Shown here piece by piece: positions 40,634-49,460 of a stretch of 64,000 nt of DNA. Each line of letters begins with the position of its first letter. Position 1 is the stretch's first letter. The notes under the pieces were generated by a model. That model had not been told where the DNA came from and made no database searches. It was given only the letters and a program-made list of their open reading frames with translations. The stretch covers positions 96,001-160,000 of IMG/VR virus record IMGVR_UViG_3300027749_000039, one strand, 5' to 3'. Both the position numbers and the translations under genes were made by a program. Source of the stretch: a virus.

Positions 40634-41338
40634 ATGGAAAGAGAATATAAAAGAACTGATTGGGATATTATATCCTTCAAAACAAAAGAAGGTGAAATAA
40701 TTGATGAAACACATGCTGAATTTGAAAAACTATGTAAAATGCATGAAGATTGGGAATTTAGTTGTGATACGGTTTCTGATTGTAGAAACCAATTTTATAA
40801 AGAACAAGTCAAGAGCAATGGATTTCCGGTAATATACTCTGTTAGAAATAATGTATTTTGTCCTACTGGAATTGGTTATCAATCCGAGATACTAACAATC
40901 GGTGATGAATATGGAACAACTTTTCGTGGTTCAAATCCAAAAGAAAGAAGTTGGGGTAAAATACTTGCGTTTTATCAAATAAACGAACAAATGTGTATAG
41001 AAGAAAAAAGAGGTGGTCAGCCAGTATCAAATATGATAGCTAAAATTGATCCCAACATACCATGGAAATATAAAACAATTTTTGAAAAATCACTAACTGA
41101 TGATGTTTTACATGAAATAGCTAAATTATCTGGTGTATTTGAAAATGATGAATACTTTTTTGATACATATGATGGTGGCATTAGAGTTATTGATTCTTTG
41201 AGTGAAGTAGGATATAGATTACAAATGTATCCAAATGGTGCGGTAAATTGTATATCAAAACATGATATGTGCCCGGACGAATATAAAGCTAAAGAACTTT
41301 ATAAATTTATTTTAAAAATTTTTGATGAAAAAAATTAG
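40634..41338 (+). CDS. Hypothetical protein
   Basis: ORF track. Confidence 0.7.
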   Translation: MEREYKRTDWDIISFKTKEGEIIDETHAEFEKLCKMHEDWEFSCDTVSDCRNQFYKEQVKSNGFPVIYSVRNNVFCPTGIGYQSEILTIGDEYGTTFRGSNPKERSWGKILAFYQINEQMCIEEKRGGQPVSNMIAKIDPNIPWKYKTIFEKSLTDDVLHEIAKLSGVFENDEYFFDTYDGGIRVIDSLSEVGYRLQMYPNGAVNCISKHDMCPDEYKAKELYKFILKIFDEKN

Positions 41339-42026
41339 TAAAAGGCAGGTAGCCCCAGACTACCATAGAATACCACACTTTAATAAGGAAATTTCCAACA
41401 TGACGCACGATGACATCATATTGGAAACAGATATACAATTTCCTATTGAGTGTTGGATTCAAGAAAAACTCGATGGTGCTAATACTGGAATTGGATGGCT
41501 AAATGATGGTCCTATATTAAGGAATAAAGAACATATTTTAAAGAAAGGATATTCTAAAATTAAAACACCGGCAAAAAAGCAATTTACATCTGCTTGGAAT
41601 TGGGTGCATAAACATAAAGAAGATATTGAGTTTATCCAAGAAATGTGTTATTCACAAATTACTATATTTGGTGAGTGGTTATATGCGCAACATTCGTTGC
41701 ATTATGATAAATTACCTGATTTATTTATAGCATATGATATATGGTCAGTAGAGGATAATTCTTATTTAAGTCCAGAAATAGTGGATACATTATTATCACA
41801 AACTGATATAAAATATATTAAACCTATAAAAACTACTCTTAATTCAATACAAGATATAATTGAATTATCCGAAAAAGAATCAGATTATAGAACTGGCATA
41901 AGAGAAGGTATAGTTATTAAACATGCTGAGGGTAGATTATGTACTCAGATGTATAAAGTGGTAAATAATAAGTTTATTCGCAGAGAAGATTTTAATAAAG
42001 AATTAATAAAAAACACCGTTAAATAA
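41322..42026 (+). CDS. RNA ligase (Rnl2-like adenylyltransferase domain)
   Basis: QEKLDGAN, FGEWLY, FIAYDI, REGIVIK and YKVV. Confidence 0.85.
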   Translation: MMKKISKRQVAPDYHRIPHFNKEISNMTHDDIILETDIQFPIECWIQEKLDGANTGIGWLNDGPILRNKEHILKKGYSKIKTPAKKQFTSAWNWVHKHKEDIEFIQEMCYSQITIFGEWLYAQHSLHYDKLPDLFIAYDIWSVEDNSYLSPEIVDTLLSQTDIKYIKPIKTTLNSIQDIIELSEKESDYRTGIREGIVIKHAEGRLCTQMYKVVNNKFIRREDFNKELIKNTVK

Positions 42027-42035
42027 CGGTGTTTT

Positions 42036-42245
42036 TTATTCGTCTTTATCATTGTCATCATTTTCTTTAGTACATTTTTCCACTTTGTCAAAATATTCTT
42101 CTTGTTTCTTTTTGATGATTTCTTTTTGTTCTTTACTTTGTTTTGATTTGTAATCCTTCACAACTTCAATATCAGTTCCGCTATCTAGTAATTTATTCAT
42201 AGCTGATTTTTTAGAATGATCTTCAAATAATTTTATGTATTTCAT
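42036..42245 (-). CDS. Small protein with MKYIKLFED N-terminal motif
   Basis: AATATATA element at 42250-42257 (minus strand). Confidence 0.65.
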   Translation of the reverse strand: MKYIKLFEDHSKKSAMNKLLDSGTDIEVVKDYKSKQSKEQKEIIKKKQEEYFDKVEKCTKENDDNDKDE

Positions 42246-42255
42246 AGTTTATATA

Positions 42256-42984
42256 TTATTTAATAAAATCAGCAAATTTTATTACCGATTCTTTTAGCAT
42301 CATATTAAACTCTTTATCGAAATCTTTTGGATCTTGTTTATATCCAGATTTAGATTCATCTAATGCATCATCAGTCCATTGATAAGACCAGAATAAATCA
42401 TCAGGTATTTTGAAGCCAAAAAAAGTTAAAACTTTCTTTTCTAATTTAACTGCTTCTTCGCCATTCCAGTTATGTCCTACTGATATAACACCTACTTCTA
42501 TATCTTTAATTATATTTTTTTCACCAAGAGTAGCCCATCTATTTTCAAGCCAAGTTAATCTCTCAACTAATTTAGCATAAACAGCATTCATTTTACCCCA
42601 TCTAATTGAACCAAAAAATATAACAGCATCAGATGTTAATAACTCATTAACTACTTTATATAATTCATCATCTTTATTATTAAAAGAAGCCCAACATCTT
42701 AATTCTCCTGTTTTATCTTTACCATCTTTTAGTAATGCTTCTTTAACTCCACAATTATTTCCTGTTTTAGAGCTAACATTTCCTTCACATTGATAGATAT
42801 TTAATTTAGATACGTCTATTATAGTCACAACACTTTTACCTAATTCTTCTTGCATTTTATAAGCTAGTGCGGAAGATTTAGGTGTTTCATCATGTCCTTC
42901 CCAACGATTAGATGTTAAAAGGAAAAGTATTTTTTCTTTTACTTTTAGCTGTTCTATTGTTTTATCATATTTAACTTTTGACAT
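42256..42984 (-). CDS. NADPH-dependent FMN reductase / iron-sulfur flavoprotein-like
   Basis: TS.R...PKS, IYQCEG, DAVIFFGSIRWG and VGHNW flavodoxin-fold motifs. Confidence 0.75.
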   Translation of the reverse strand: MSKVKYDKTIEQLKVKEKILFLLTSNRWEGHDETPKSSALAYKMQEELGKSVVTIIDVSKLNIYQCEGNVSSKTGNNCGVKEALLKDGKDKTGELRCWASFNNKDDELYKVVNELLTSDAVIFFGSIRWGKMNAVYAKLVERLTWLENRWATLGEKNIIKDIEVGVISVGHNWNGEEAVKLEKKVLTFFGFKIPDDLFWSYQWTDDALDESKSGYKQDPKDFDKEFNMMLKESVIKFADFIK

Positions 42985-42985
42985 A

Positions 42986-43375
42986 TTAATAACCGTAACC
43001 TTTATTTATTGGCATATCTGATACAACTTTAACTTCAAACCCGAAACCAGTGTCATCTAATTGTCTATAATTATTATCATAGTGTCTAACATTTCCTCTA
43101 TCAAAAGAATAAGGAGTTGGTTTATTTATTTCTCTCATCCTTTCGAATTCTCTTTGTTGTCTTTCAGCTTTTAATTTATTTTCTTCCATAGCCATCATTT
43201 CGTCAAATGTTAATTCAGCATTTGGATTAACATAAGCAGGTTGTGGTGGAGGTGTATTGTTTGTATTAATTCCGTATTTAAGCATTAGATTATATGCTTC
43301 ACTAGAAGAAATATTTACTTCTTGTGGTTCGGAATATTCTTGTGCCTGTAGGATTCTAACTTCTGGTCTTATCAT
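42986..43375 (-). CDS. Hypothetical protein
   Basis: ORF track; AATATATA upstream. Confidence 0.65.
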   Translation of the reverse strand: MIRPEVRILQAQEYSEPQEVNISSSEAYNLMLKYGINTNNTPPPQPAYVNPNAELTFDEMMAMEENKLKAERQQREFERMREINKPTPYSFDRGNVRHYDNNYRQLDDTGFGFEVKVVSDMPINKGYGY

Positions 43376-43469
43376 AAAAATTAGTATTTTAAGTATATAT
43401 TAACATTTAGATTTTGCTTTTCTAACAAAAATAACGTAATTTTGTCTTTAGAAATTAATATATAATCTT

Positions 43470-43979
43470 ATGAGACTAACAAGAATATCAGAATCTATTG
43501 GAATGATTCCAAGACAAGAGGATTATCCTTCTAAAGCAGAATTGCTTAAAAAATATGGCTATGACGAAAATAGCAAAAATATGGAAGATTATTTTGACGC
43601 TAAGAGACAATTTGAAGAAGAGTGGTTAAGAAAGTATAGAAAAGAAGAATCAGATAGAAGAAGACAAACTGAGGAAGAAATAGAAACTAAAACTCTTACA
43701 CAAGCTGAAAAGTTAGAGAAAGAAAAAGAAGATTTGGAAACTAGGAATAAGCGTCAGCAAGAATTACAATTTTCGGAAGAAGAGGTAAATAAATTGCACA
43801 TTGCAGCTAATAGTAAAGCAGTTTCTAGAGTTTCTCAAATATTAGGAAATGCATTAGCGGAAAAAGATGATAGTTTTTTAAGTGATTTAGTTGAATTAAT
43901 TAACAAATATCCTCAATATCATTCCGGATCTTTATTTGAAAAAAATTCTATTGAAAAGTTTTCAGATTTTAGAAAATAA
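43470..43979 (+). CDS. Charged coiled-coil hypothetical protein
   Basis: ORF track; MRLTRISES start and IEKFSDFRK end. Confidence 0.65.
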   Translation: MRLTRISESIGMIPRQEDYPSKAELLKKYGYDENSKNMEDYFDAKRQFEEEWLRKYRKEESDRRRQTEEEIETKTLTQAEKLEKEKEDLETRNKRQQELQFSEEEVNKLHIAANSKAVSRVSQILGNALAEKDDSFLSDLVELINKYPQYHSGSLFEKNSIEKFSDFRK

Positions 43980-44020
43980 TATTTGTTGCTTTCGATTAAT
44001 AATCGTATATTTGTAAACAA

Positions 44021-44614
44021 ATGAGATTATACAAGACAGCAATTAATAATAATAACGAAGTTTTATCATATGTGATGCCAGAGCAGGTTGAAAAAATATA
44101 TTCAATCCGAACTGATGAAACATATGATATTTCATTAGAAGCCTTACTTGAATATATTGAACTAACAGGATATGTTATATTTCCATATTTAAATCCTGTT
44201 AATGATATAACATCTATTGTATATGTAGATATAGATTACCAATTTACACCTTGGGATAAACAAGCTATATCATATGTCACTGACCAAATACATAAATGCA
44301 TTAGACAAAAACTTATAGATGTATTCTTTGAAGATTATGAAGAACCGTTTTTAGGTAAATCTGATTTAGAGCAACATGATTTACTTGGTATAACAGGTGA
44401 GGAAAAGATTTTCAAAAATGAAATAACTTATTTATACCATAAATACAAAGGTGGTATTTGGGAATCCTCAAATAAACACGCTGTAGAAATAGATAGATAT
44501 AGTGGTATAATTTCTGGTAATAATATAGGTGAATCCACTATAACGTATCAAGTAGATACTGGAGCTGGAATATTAACATGTTTTAAAACAATAGAAGTAA
44601 TATATGATAAATAA
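44021..44614 (+). CDS. Protein with C-terminal Ig-like (Big_2) domain
   Basis: WESSNKHAVEID..SGIISG..IGESTITY. Confidence 0.6.
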   Translation: MRLYKTAINNNNEVLSYVMPEQVEKIYSIRTDETYDISLEALLEYIELTGYVIFPYLNPVNDITSIVYVDIDYQFTPWDKQAISYVTDQIHKCIRQKLIDVFFEDYEEPFLGKSDLEQHDLLGITGEEKIFKNEITYLYHKYKGGIWESSNKHAVEIDRYSGIISGNNIGESTITYQVDTGAGILTCFKTIEVIYDK

Positions 44615-44780
44615 AAAATGTAAAATATGCGACAATCAGTTTGTCGCATTAACGGAAGAAAAAGTATTCTGTTCTCCGGAATGCCTTATTACATATGTCA
44701 AATCAGATGAATTTGATAAAGAGATGGAAGACTATTTTAATTCTTCAAATAAGATAGATGAAAAAGGCAATAATATTTGA
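44604..44780 (+). CDS. Small Zn-finger protein (58 aa), not in track
   Basis: Hand-read MINKKCKICDNQF...FCSPEC. Confidence 0.5.
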   Translation: MINKKCKICDNQFVALTEEKVFCSPECLITYVKSDEFDKEMEDYFNSSNKIDEKGNNI

Positions 44781-45345
44781 TTTATATGATACTCTGCTAA
44801 AAATAGAGAAAAAATCAAAACCATATTTGTATTTATTAAATCATGTAGTTCCAATGGATGTATCTCAAAAAGATATTATAAATCATCTTATGACTAATGA
44901 TTTACCGGCTATACGCTTTATAACACAAATACAGGATATAGGTTTATTAGATGAACAATTTGAACAACACACATTTTTAAAATATCTTGATGCTGAAGTC
45001 GAGTCTACTAGTGTCATATCCGGAACTTTTAGAGTATTAGATAAATTAAAAAATGCCGGTTATAGATTATTCATTTTATCTAATTTAGCAACTCCATATA
45101 AATATCCGTATTATAAATACAACCTGGATAAGTGGATTGAAAAAGCTTTTTTCTCTTGTGATTGTAAGGATAAAAAACCAAATGCTTCTTTTTTTCAACA
45201 AGTAGTAGATTATTCTGGGTTAAATAAAGAAGATTTTATAATGATAGGTGATAATCCTATATCAGATGTAAAAGGAGCTGTTGATTTTGGAATGGAAGCT
45301 TTATTGAAAAATAAAGATTTGTATGTCCTAACCCAATACTTATGA
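44758..45345 (+). CDS. HAD-superfamily hydrolase
   Basis: IIFDLYDTL, LSN, KKP and MIGDNPISDVKGA. Confidence 0.9.
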   Translation: MKKAIIFDLYDTLLKIEKKSKPYLYLLNHVVPMDVSQKDIINHLMTNDLPAIRFITQIQDIGLLDEQFEQHTFLKYLDAEVESTSVISGTFRVLDKLKNAGYRLFILSNLATPYKYPYYKYNLDKWIEKAFFSCDCKDKKPNASFFQQVVDYSGLNKEDFIMIGDNPISDVKGAVDFGMEALLKNKDLYVLTQYL

Positions 45346-45404
45346 CCGAATAAAAAGTATATATTAATTAATTAATATATACTTTATTAAATAACAAAAT
45401 TAAT

Positions 45405-45869
45405 ATGAATTGGCACAAATTGCATGAAGAATCAAGAAATTTCGGACAAAAATTAGCAGATAAGGTTGCATCTGGTATGGGCTCTTGGAGATTTATTATA
45501 ATACAATCTATTATTGTTATTATATGGATGATATTTAATGTATTGGGAATATGTTATCATTGGGATCCATATCCTTTTATATTACTTAATTTGTTATTCT
45601 CAACACAAGCGGCTTATGCAGCACCAATAATTATGATGTCTCAAAATAGAGCGGCTGAGAGAGATAGGGCAGAAGCAGAGGCGGATTATAAGGTAAATAT
45701 AGATTCTAAAAAAGAAATAGAGCATATAATTATCCGCTTAAATGCCATTGAAATAGATAAGCTAAATAAAATGATGAAAATTGTTGAAGATATGCAAACA
45801 CATAACCACGAACATTTACATAGTTTAGCCGAAGATATGAAAGAGTTAAAAGAAAATTTAAAAAAATAA
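45405..45869 (+). CDS. DUF1003 membrane protein
   Basis: ADKVASGMGSWRF, WDPYPFILLNLLFSTQAAYAAPIIMMSQNR. Confidence 0.88.
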   Translation: MNWHKLHEESRNFGQKLADKVASGMGSWRFIIIQSIIVIIWMIFNVLGICYHWDPYPFILLNLLFSTQAAYAAPIIMMSQNRAAERDRAEAEADYKVNIDSKKEIEHIIIRLNAIEIDKLNKMMKIVEDMQTHNHEHLHSLAEDMKELKENLKK

Positions 45870-45902
45870 CCATCGTAAGATGGTTATTTTTTTATATAGT
45901 AT

Positions 45903-46127
45903 ATGAATAAAATAATTGATGAGTTTTTTGAGAATAATAAAACAACATATTTACAATGGCGTGAATATGATTCGGAAAAGTTAAAAACTGCTACTGAACA
46001 AAATCCTATTTATTCAGATATACACGAAATTACAATAGATAAGAATAATAATACAATAGTATATTGTGTTCATGATATGAAGGGTTCTATAATTAGAAGG
46101 TCAATTGGAACTATTGAAAATTTATAA
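45903..46127 (+). CDS. Hypothetical protein
   Basis: ORF track. Confidence 0.6.
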   Translation: MNKIIDEFFENNKTTYLQWREYDSEKLKTATEQNPIYSDIHEITIDKNNNTIVYCVHDMKGSIIRRSIGTIENL

Positions 46128-46199
46128 AAAATTTTTCTAAAAAAATTTTTTTATACAGATTTTTTTTGTATCTTTGTAAAAGAAAATAAAGATAATAAA

Positions 46200-46535
46200 A
46201 TGAATTACGCAGAAATTAGAGCAATAATACAAGAAGTATTTGATGATATAAACCAAATTGGATATTATTTTCAATATCCAACTTATGGTGAAGAAGAAAT
46301 TATAAAAGAACTAACTGAAAAATTAGGTGAGCATGAAAACGTTCATAATGACGGGTTCTATGATGGATATGATTGTCAATCAGTTCTATATTTCAAAGAT
46401 CACGATGTTTATATTCAGGCTGACGGATTTTATACTTCTTATAATGGGACTGAATGGGACAGGATCAATGAAGTTTTTCCTTATCAAAAAACCATAACTT
46501 GTTATTCTCTTAAAAAAGAAGAAAAGGGAGAATAA
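46200..46535 (+). CDS. Hypothetical phage protein (G.Y.SY.G.EWD motif)
   Basis: ORF track; promoter at 46169-46176. Confidence 0.7.
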   Translation: MNYAEIRAIIQEVFDDINQIGYYFQYPTYGEEEIIKELTEKLGEHENVHNDGFYDGYDCQSVLYFKDHDVYIQADGFYTSYNGTEWDRINEVFPYQKTITCYSLKKEEKGE

Positions 46536-46606
46536 AAAATTAATATATACTTTATAAAAATACGAAAAAAGCTTAAAATAATTTTTGCTATTTCAAAACT
46601 TTATCG

Positions 46607-46629
46607 TATATTTGCAATACAATAATCAA
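46607..46629 (+). promoter_or_regulatory. Promoter/TSS region of tRNA operon 3
   Basis: TATATTTG -7 element; 19 nt (46611-46629) identical to 61721-61739. Confidence 0.72.
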
Positions 46630-46661
46630 CAAACAAACAAAACATTTTAAATAAAAATTTT

Positions 46662-46760
46662 ATGAAAACTACAATAATCACAACACAAGTAATCGGCGCA
46701 TATGAAGCGGGTTATGCCTATGAGGGAACATCTCATGGAGTTGGTAAGTTATGTAGTTAA
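46662..46760 (+). CDS. Leader peptide 3, MKTTIITTQVIGAYEAGYAYEGTSHGVGKLCS (putative attenuator)
   Basis: Block GAYEAGYAYEG; downstream tRNAs are Tyr, Glu, Ala and Gly. Confidence 0.82.
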   Translation: MKTTIITTQVIGAYEAGYAYEGTSHGVGKLCS

Positions 46761-46782
46761 TCATAAAAAGATATAATTACTT

Positions 46783-46817
46783 AAAGCATCCAACTCAAAA
46801 AGTTGGATGCTTTTTTT
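46783..46817 (+). terminator. Attenuator terminator 3
   Basis: AAAGCATCCAACT-CAAAA-AGTTGGATGCTTTTTTT. Confidence 0.9.
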
Positions 46818-46827
46818 ATGTTAAATT

Positions 46828-46911
46828 GGGAGTGTTGGGCAATTGGCTGGCCCGCCTGACTGTAAATCAGGTTCTTCGGACATGGGGGTTCAAATCCCTC
46901 CACTCTCACCA
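46828..46911 (+). tRNA. tRNA-Tyr(GTA), G1:C72
   Basis: CCTGA-CTGTAAA-TCAGG; variable arm; ACCA end. Confidence 0.92.
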
Positions 46912-46915
46912 AATT

Positions 46916-46995
46916 CGTTCAGTTGTCTAGCGGCAATGACTGGGAGCTGTAACCTCCCCTCTTCGGATTCGTAGGTTCGAGTCCTACCTGAACGA
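46916..46995 (+). tRNA. tRNA-Tyr(GTA), C1:G72
   Basis: GGGAG-CTGTAAC-CTCCC; acceptor CGTTCAG/CTGAACG; A73. Confidence 0.85.
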
Positions 46996-46996
46996 C

Positions 46997-47091
46997 AAAA
47001 ATATACTGGTATTATTAACAGCGGGATAGATTACCAAATAGGAGGTGAAAGTCCTTATGACCGTACAGAGAAAGGCTTTGTGTATATTTTT
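46997..47091 (+). ncRNA. Unassigned four-way-junction RNA between tRNAs
   Basis: AAAAATATAC/GTATATTTTT closing stem; TGGTA/TACCA; AGGA-GGTGAAAG-TCCT; ACAGAG/CTTTGT. Confidence 0.4.
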
Positions 47092-47095
47092 ATCT

Positions 47096-47167
47096 GCTAC
47101 CATAGATTAATCGGTAAATCGTGGCTCTTTCACAGCCAAGTAGGGGGATCGTAACCCCTTGGTAGTA
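47096..47167 (+). tRNA. tRNA-Glu(TTC)
   Basis: TGGCT-CTTTCAC-AGCCA; T loop ATCGTAA. Confidence 0.82.
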
Positions 47168-47174
47168 CAAACAA

Positions 47175-47246
47175 GGCCCAGTAGATTACTGGCTAAATCG
47201 TTGCACTTTCACTGCAAAGAAGACGGATCGAACCCGTTCTGGGCTG
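47175..47246 (+). tRNA. tRNA-Glu(TTC)
   Basis: TTGCA-CTTTCAC-TGCAA. Confidence 0.85.
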
Positions 47247-47253
47247 CAAGGGT

Positions 47254-47277
47254 GTTAGTTATTCCGGAATAACTAAC
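47254..47277. repeat. Perfect 24-nt palindrome
   Basis: GTTAGTTATTCC|GGAATAACTAAC. Confidence 0.8.
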
Positions 47278-47281
47278 TTTA

Positions 47282-47347
47282 GTATAGTAGCTCAATTGGT
47301 AGAGCGGTGGTGATTCACAGGCAGTAGGTTCAAAACCTATCTATACA
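47282..47347 (+). pseudogene. tRNA with collapsed anticodon arm
   Basis: Canonical AGCTCAATTGGTAGAGC D arm and a T arm; anticodon arm reduced to GTG-GTGATT-CAC. Confidence 0.55.
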
Positions 47348-47359
47348 CAAAATTAACAA

Positions 47360-47433
47360 GTCAGGTTTGACAAGCGGCTTAAGTCACCTTCCTCTCAAGA
47401 AGGACATCATGGGTTCGAATCCCATACTTGATT
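47360..47433 (+). tRNA. tRNA-Glu(CTC)
   Basis: CCTTC-CTCTCAA-GAAGG. Confidence 0.82.
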
Positions 47434-47492
47434 CACAGAAAAGGTTATCTGGGTGGATTTTTCAACAGAAAATGAAACTCCGAGCCTTAGAC

Positions 47493-47566
47493 GGGGCGGC
47501 ATGTACCAAGGCTGGCGAAGAACACTTGCAATGTTCCTGTGGTGAGTTCAATTCTCATCCGCTCCA
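47493..47566 (+). tRNA. tRNA-Ala(TGC)
   Basis: GAACA-CTTGCAA-TGTTC; G3:U70 and A73. Confidence 0.8.
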
Positions 47567-47615
47567 CGAAGTGAAGGAAAACACGATAAACCCGTCTGCT
47601 AGGACGTAAAATAAC

Positions 47616-47687
47616 GCAGAGATAGTATAACGGTTATTACACTGGCTTGCCAAGCCGGATATGGGAGTTCGATTCTCCTTCTCTGCT
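47616..47687 (+). tRNA. tRNA-Gly(GCC)
   Basis: CTGGC-TTGCCAA-GCCGG; U73. Confidence 0.88.
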
Positions 47688-47744
47688 CTAAAAATGGTTC
47701 GACCGCTAAATCGAGTTAGTGAAAATCTACATTCGAACCATATG

Positions 47745-47818
47745 AGGGGGATTAGTTGTAATTGGCAAAACGTGGGCTTTGCAAGTCTGAGTTGCCGGAT
47801 CGTTGCCGGCATCCTCCA
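47745..47818 (+). tRNA. tRNA-Ala(TGC), A1.C72 mismatch
   Basis: TTTGCAA loop, G3:U70, weak anticodon stem. Confidence 0.65.
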
Positions 47819-47874
47819 CAACAAAATAGTGATAGAGCGGCTTTGAACTTTTATATATAAAAATAAAAGTTCAA

Positions 47875-48510
47875 TTGCATCACACAATTTATAAAATAAC
47901 CAATTTAATAAATGGCAAAATTTATATTGGAAAACACTCAACAAATGATATTAAAGATAACTACTACGGTAGTGGGAAATTAATTAAAAGTGCTATAGAA
48001 AAATATGGTATTATTAATTTCACAAAAGAAATTTTGTTTAATTTTCAATCAGAGGAAGAAGCTTATGCCAAGGAAAAGGAAATAGTAAATGAAAGTTTCA
48101 TAAAAAGAAAAGATGTTTATAACCTTATAATAGGGGGTGATACATTTGAAGCTATTAATTCCAATTTAGAATTAAGAAAAGCTAAAAATAAGAAAGCTGC
48201 ATTAATTATGAATTCTGTAAATTGGAATAATCCAGAATTTAGAAAAAGGCAAACTGATAAAATGATATTACAAAATAAAAAATTGCATAAAGAAGGAATT
48301 CTTAAAAGTGTTGATTGGACCGGAAAGAAACATAAGGATGAAAGCAAAGAGAAAATGAGGGAAAAGGCAAAATTGAGAATAGGTGATAAAAACTCTTCAT
48401 TTGGAACTTGTTGGATATATAATGAAAATGAAAGTAAGAAAATAAAAAAAGAAGATTTAGAAAACTACTTATCTATTGGATGGATAAAAGGTAGAAAAAT
48501 TAAATTTTAA
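47875..48510 (+). mobile_element. GIY-YIG homing endonuclease inside tRNA array 3
   Basis: TIYKITNLINGKIYIGKH, YYGSG and NUMOD3-like GKKHKDESKEKM; TTG start. Confidence 0.88.
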
Positions 48511-48513
48511 TAA

Positions 48514-48596
48514 GCGAGTATAGTATAACGGAGGCGAAAGCCGTATTATGCTGGTCTTCCAAACCGGATATGAGAGTTCGATTCTCTCTACTCGCT
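48514..48596 (+). tRNA. tRNA-Gly(TCC) with GGC-GAAA-GCC hairpin inserted in the D loop
   Basis: CTGGT-CTTCCAA-ACCGG; U73. Confidence 0.8.
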
Positions 48597-48603
48597 CTAA
48601 AAT

Positions 48604-48678
48604 GGGTTGTATATTTTAATGATAGAATGCTGCGGGATTATAAAGCGGCGGTGTGAGACCAATTCTCATTATAACCCC
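48604..48678 (+). pseudogene. Degenerate tRNA (11-nt anticodon loop)
   Basis: GGGTTGT/ATAACCC acceptor; GCTGC/GCGGC stem; T loop ACCAATT. Confidence 0.45.
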
Positions 48679-48719
48679 AAATGAAGGAAATTCTTCATTA
48701 TAAAAATAAAAATTAAAGT

Positions 48720-49019
48720 ATGTCGGATCGAAGATATTATGTCTTTATGAAAAGCGGTAGAAAGTTCTGCGTAGAAGAATATGGTAAGACATATACTGAT
48801 TGGGGTAATTATAACCCAGCTACGAAGAAGATTGAAAAGGTTGCATCTAAATCAAGTGAGATTATTGATGAACATAACACTAAAATAACGAAAGAAAACG
48901 GATATAAGAATATCTGTATGTTAGAAACTGGTACATCACCAATGGCTTATATTGAAGCTATTGATACAAGTGGTGTAGAAAGATTTGAAGGTGTAGATTT
49001 TGTTACATACGAAGATTAA
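48720..49019 (+). CDS. Hypothetical phage protein
   Basis: ORF track. Confidence 0.7.
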   Translation: MSDRRYYVFMKSGRKFCVEEYGKTYTDWGNYNPATKKIEKVASKSSEIIDEHNTKITKENGYKNICMLETGTSPMAYIEAIDTSGVERFEGVDFVTYED

Positions 49020-49020
49020 T

Positions 49021-49179
49021 ATGGAATTAAATATTCTAATAGAAAAGATTAAATCTAAAATTGATTTAACAGAAGAGGAAGAAATATATTATTTAGTTAA
49101 TGGCTTAAAAATGAGCGAAAAAGAAGCTAAAAGAATTGTATACCGACCTAAACCTGTAATAGGAAAATTAATAGATTAA
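49021..49179 (+). CDS. Small hypothetical protein (52 aa), not in track
   Basis: Hand-read MELNILIEKIKSKIDLTEEEEIYYL... Confidence 0.55.
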   Translation: MELNILIEKIKSKIDLTEEEEIYYLVNGLKMSEKEAKRIVYRPKPVIGKLID

Positions 49180-49218
49180 TTAGAAATATATTTGTAAAAA
49201 GATATATTTCTACTACAT

Positions 49219-49265
49219 GCCGGTTCAAGGAACGCACACCCTGGCGAGGGTGCCTACCGGCTCCA
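49219..49265 (+). ncRNA. 47-nt CCA-terminated minihelix abutting tRNA-Ala
   Basis: GCCGGT/ACCGGC stem, inner ACCCT/AGGGT hairpin, TCCA end. Confidence 0.45.
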
Positions 49266-49338
49266 GGGGGATTAGCTCATTTGGTAGAGCATTTGTATGG
49301 CATACAAAAGGCGACCGGTTCGATTCCGGTATCCTCCA
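49266..49338 (+). tRNA. tRNA-Ala(GGC)
   Basis: TTTGT-ATGGCAT-ACAAA; G3:U70. Confidence 0.88.
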
Positions 49339-49365
49339 CTAAAAAATATAAAACAAATAAATAGA

Positions 49366-49416
49366 ATGAAAACTAAAAACATGGGCGGAAAGACGCTGGA
49401 CGCATTAATGTCGTAG
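49366..49416 (+). CDS. Short upstream ORF MKTKNMGGKTLDALMS overlapping the AlaRS 5' end
   Basis: A-rich start context; ATGAAAACT start like the other leaders. Confidence 0.45.
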   Translation: MKTKNMGGKTLDALMS

Positions 49417-49460
49417 AAGAGTATAAAACTTTCTGCGACGGTAAACAAATAAACTTCAAA

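Noticed and set aside
47254-47277. Perfect 24-nt palindrome as a second terminator or operator
   Set aside because: Only three T follow and no second copy exists in the window; kept as a feature, but no function can be supported.
47367-47944. ORFs 47367..47609, 47555..47944 and 47661..47846
   Set aside because: They overlap GC-rich tRNA genes, which creates spurious open frames; the same applies to 49272..49523 and 62135..62413.
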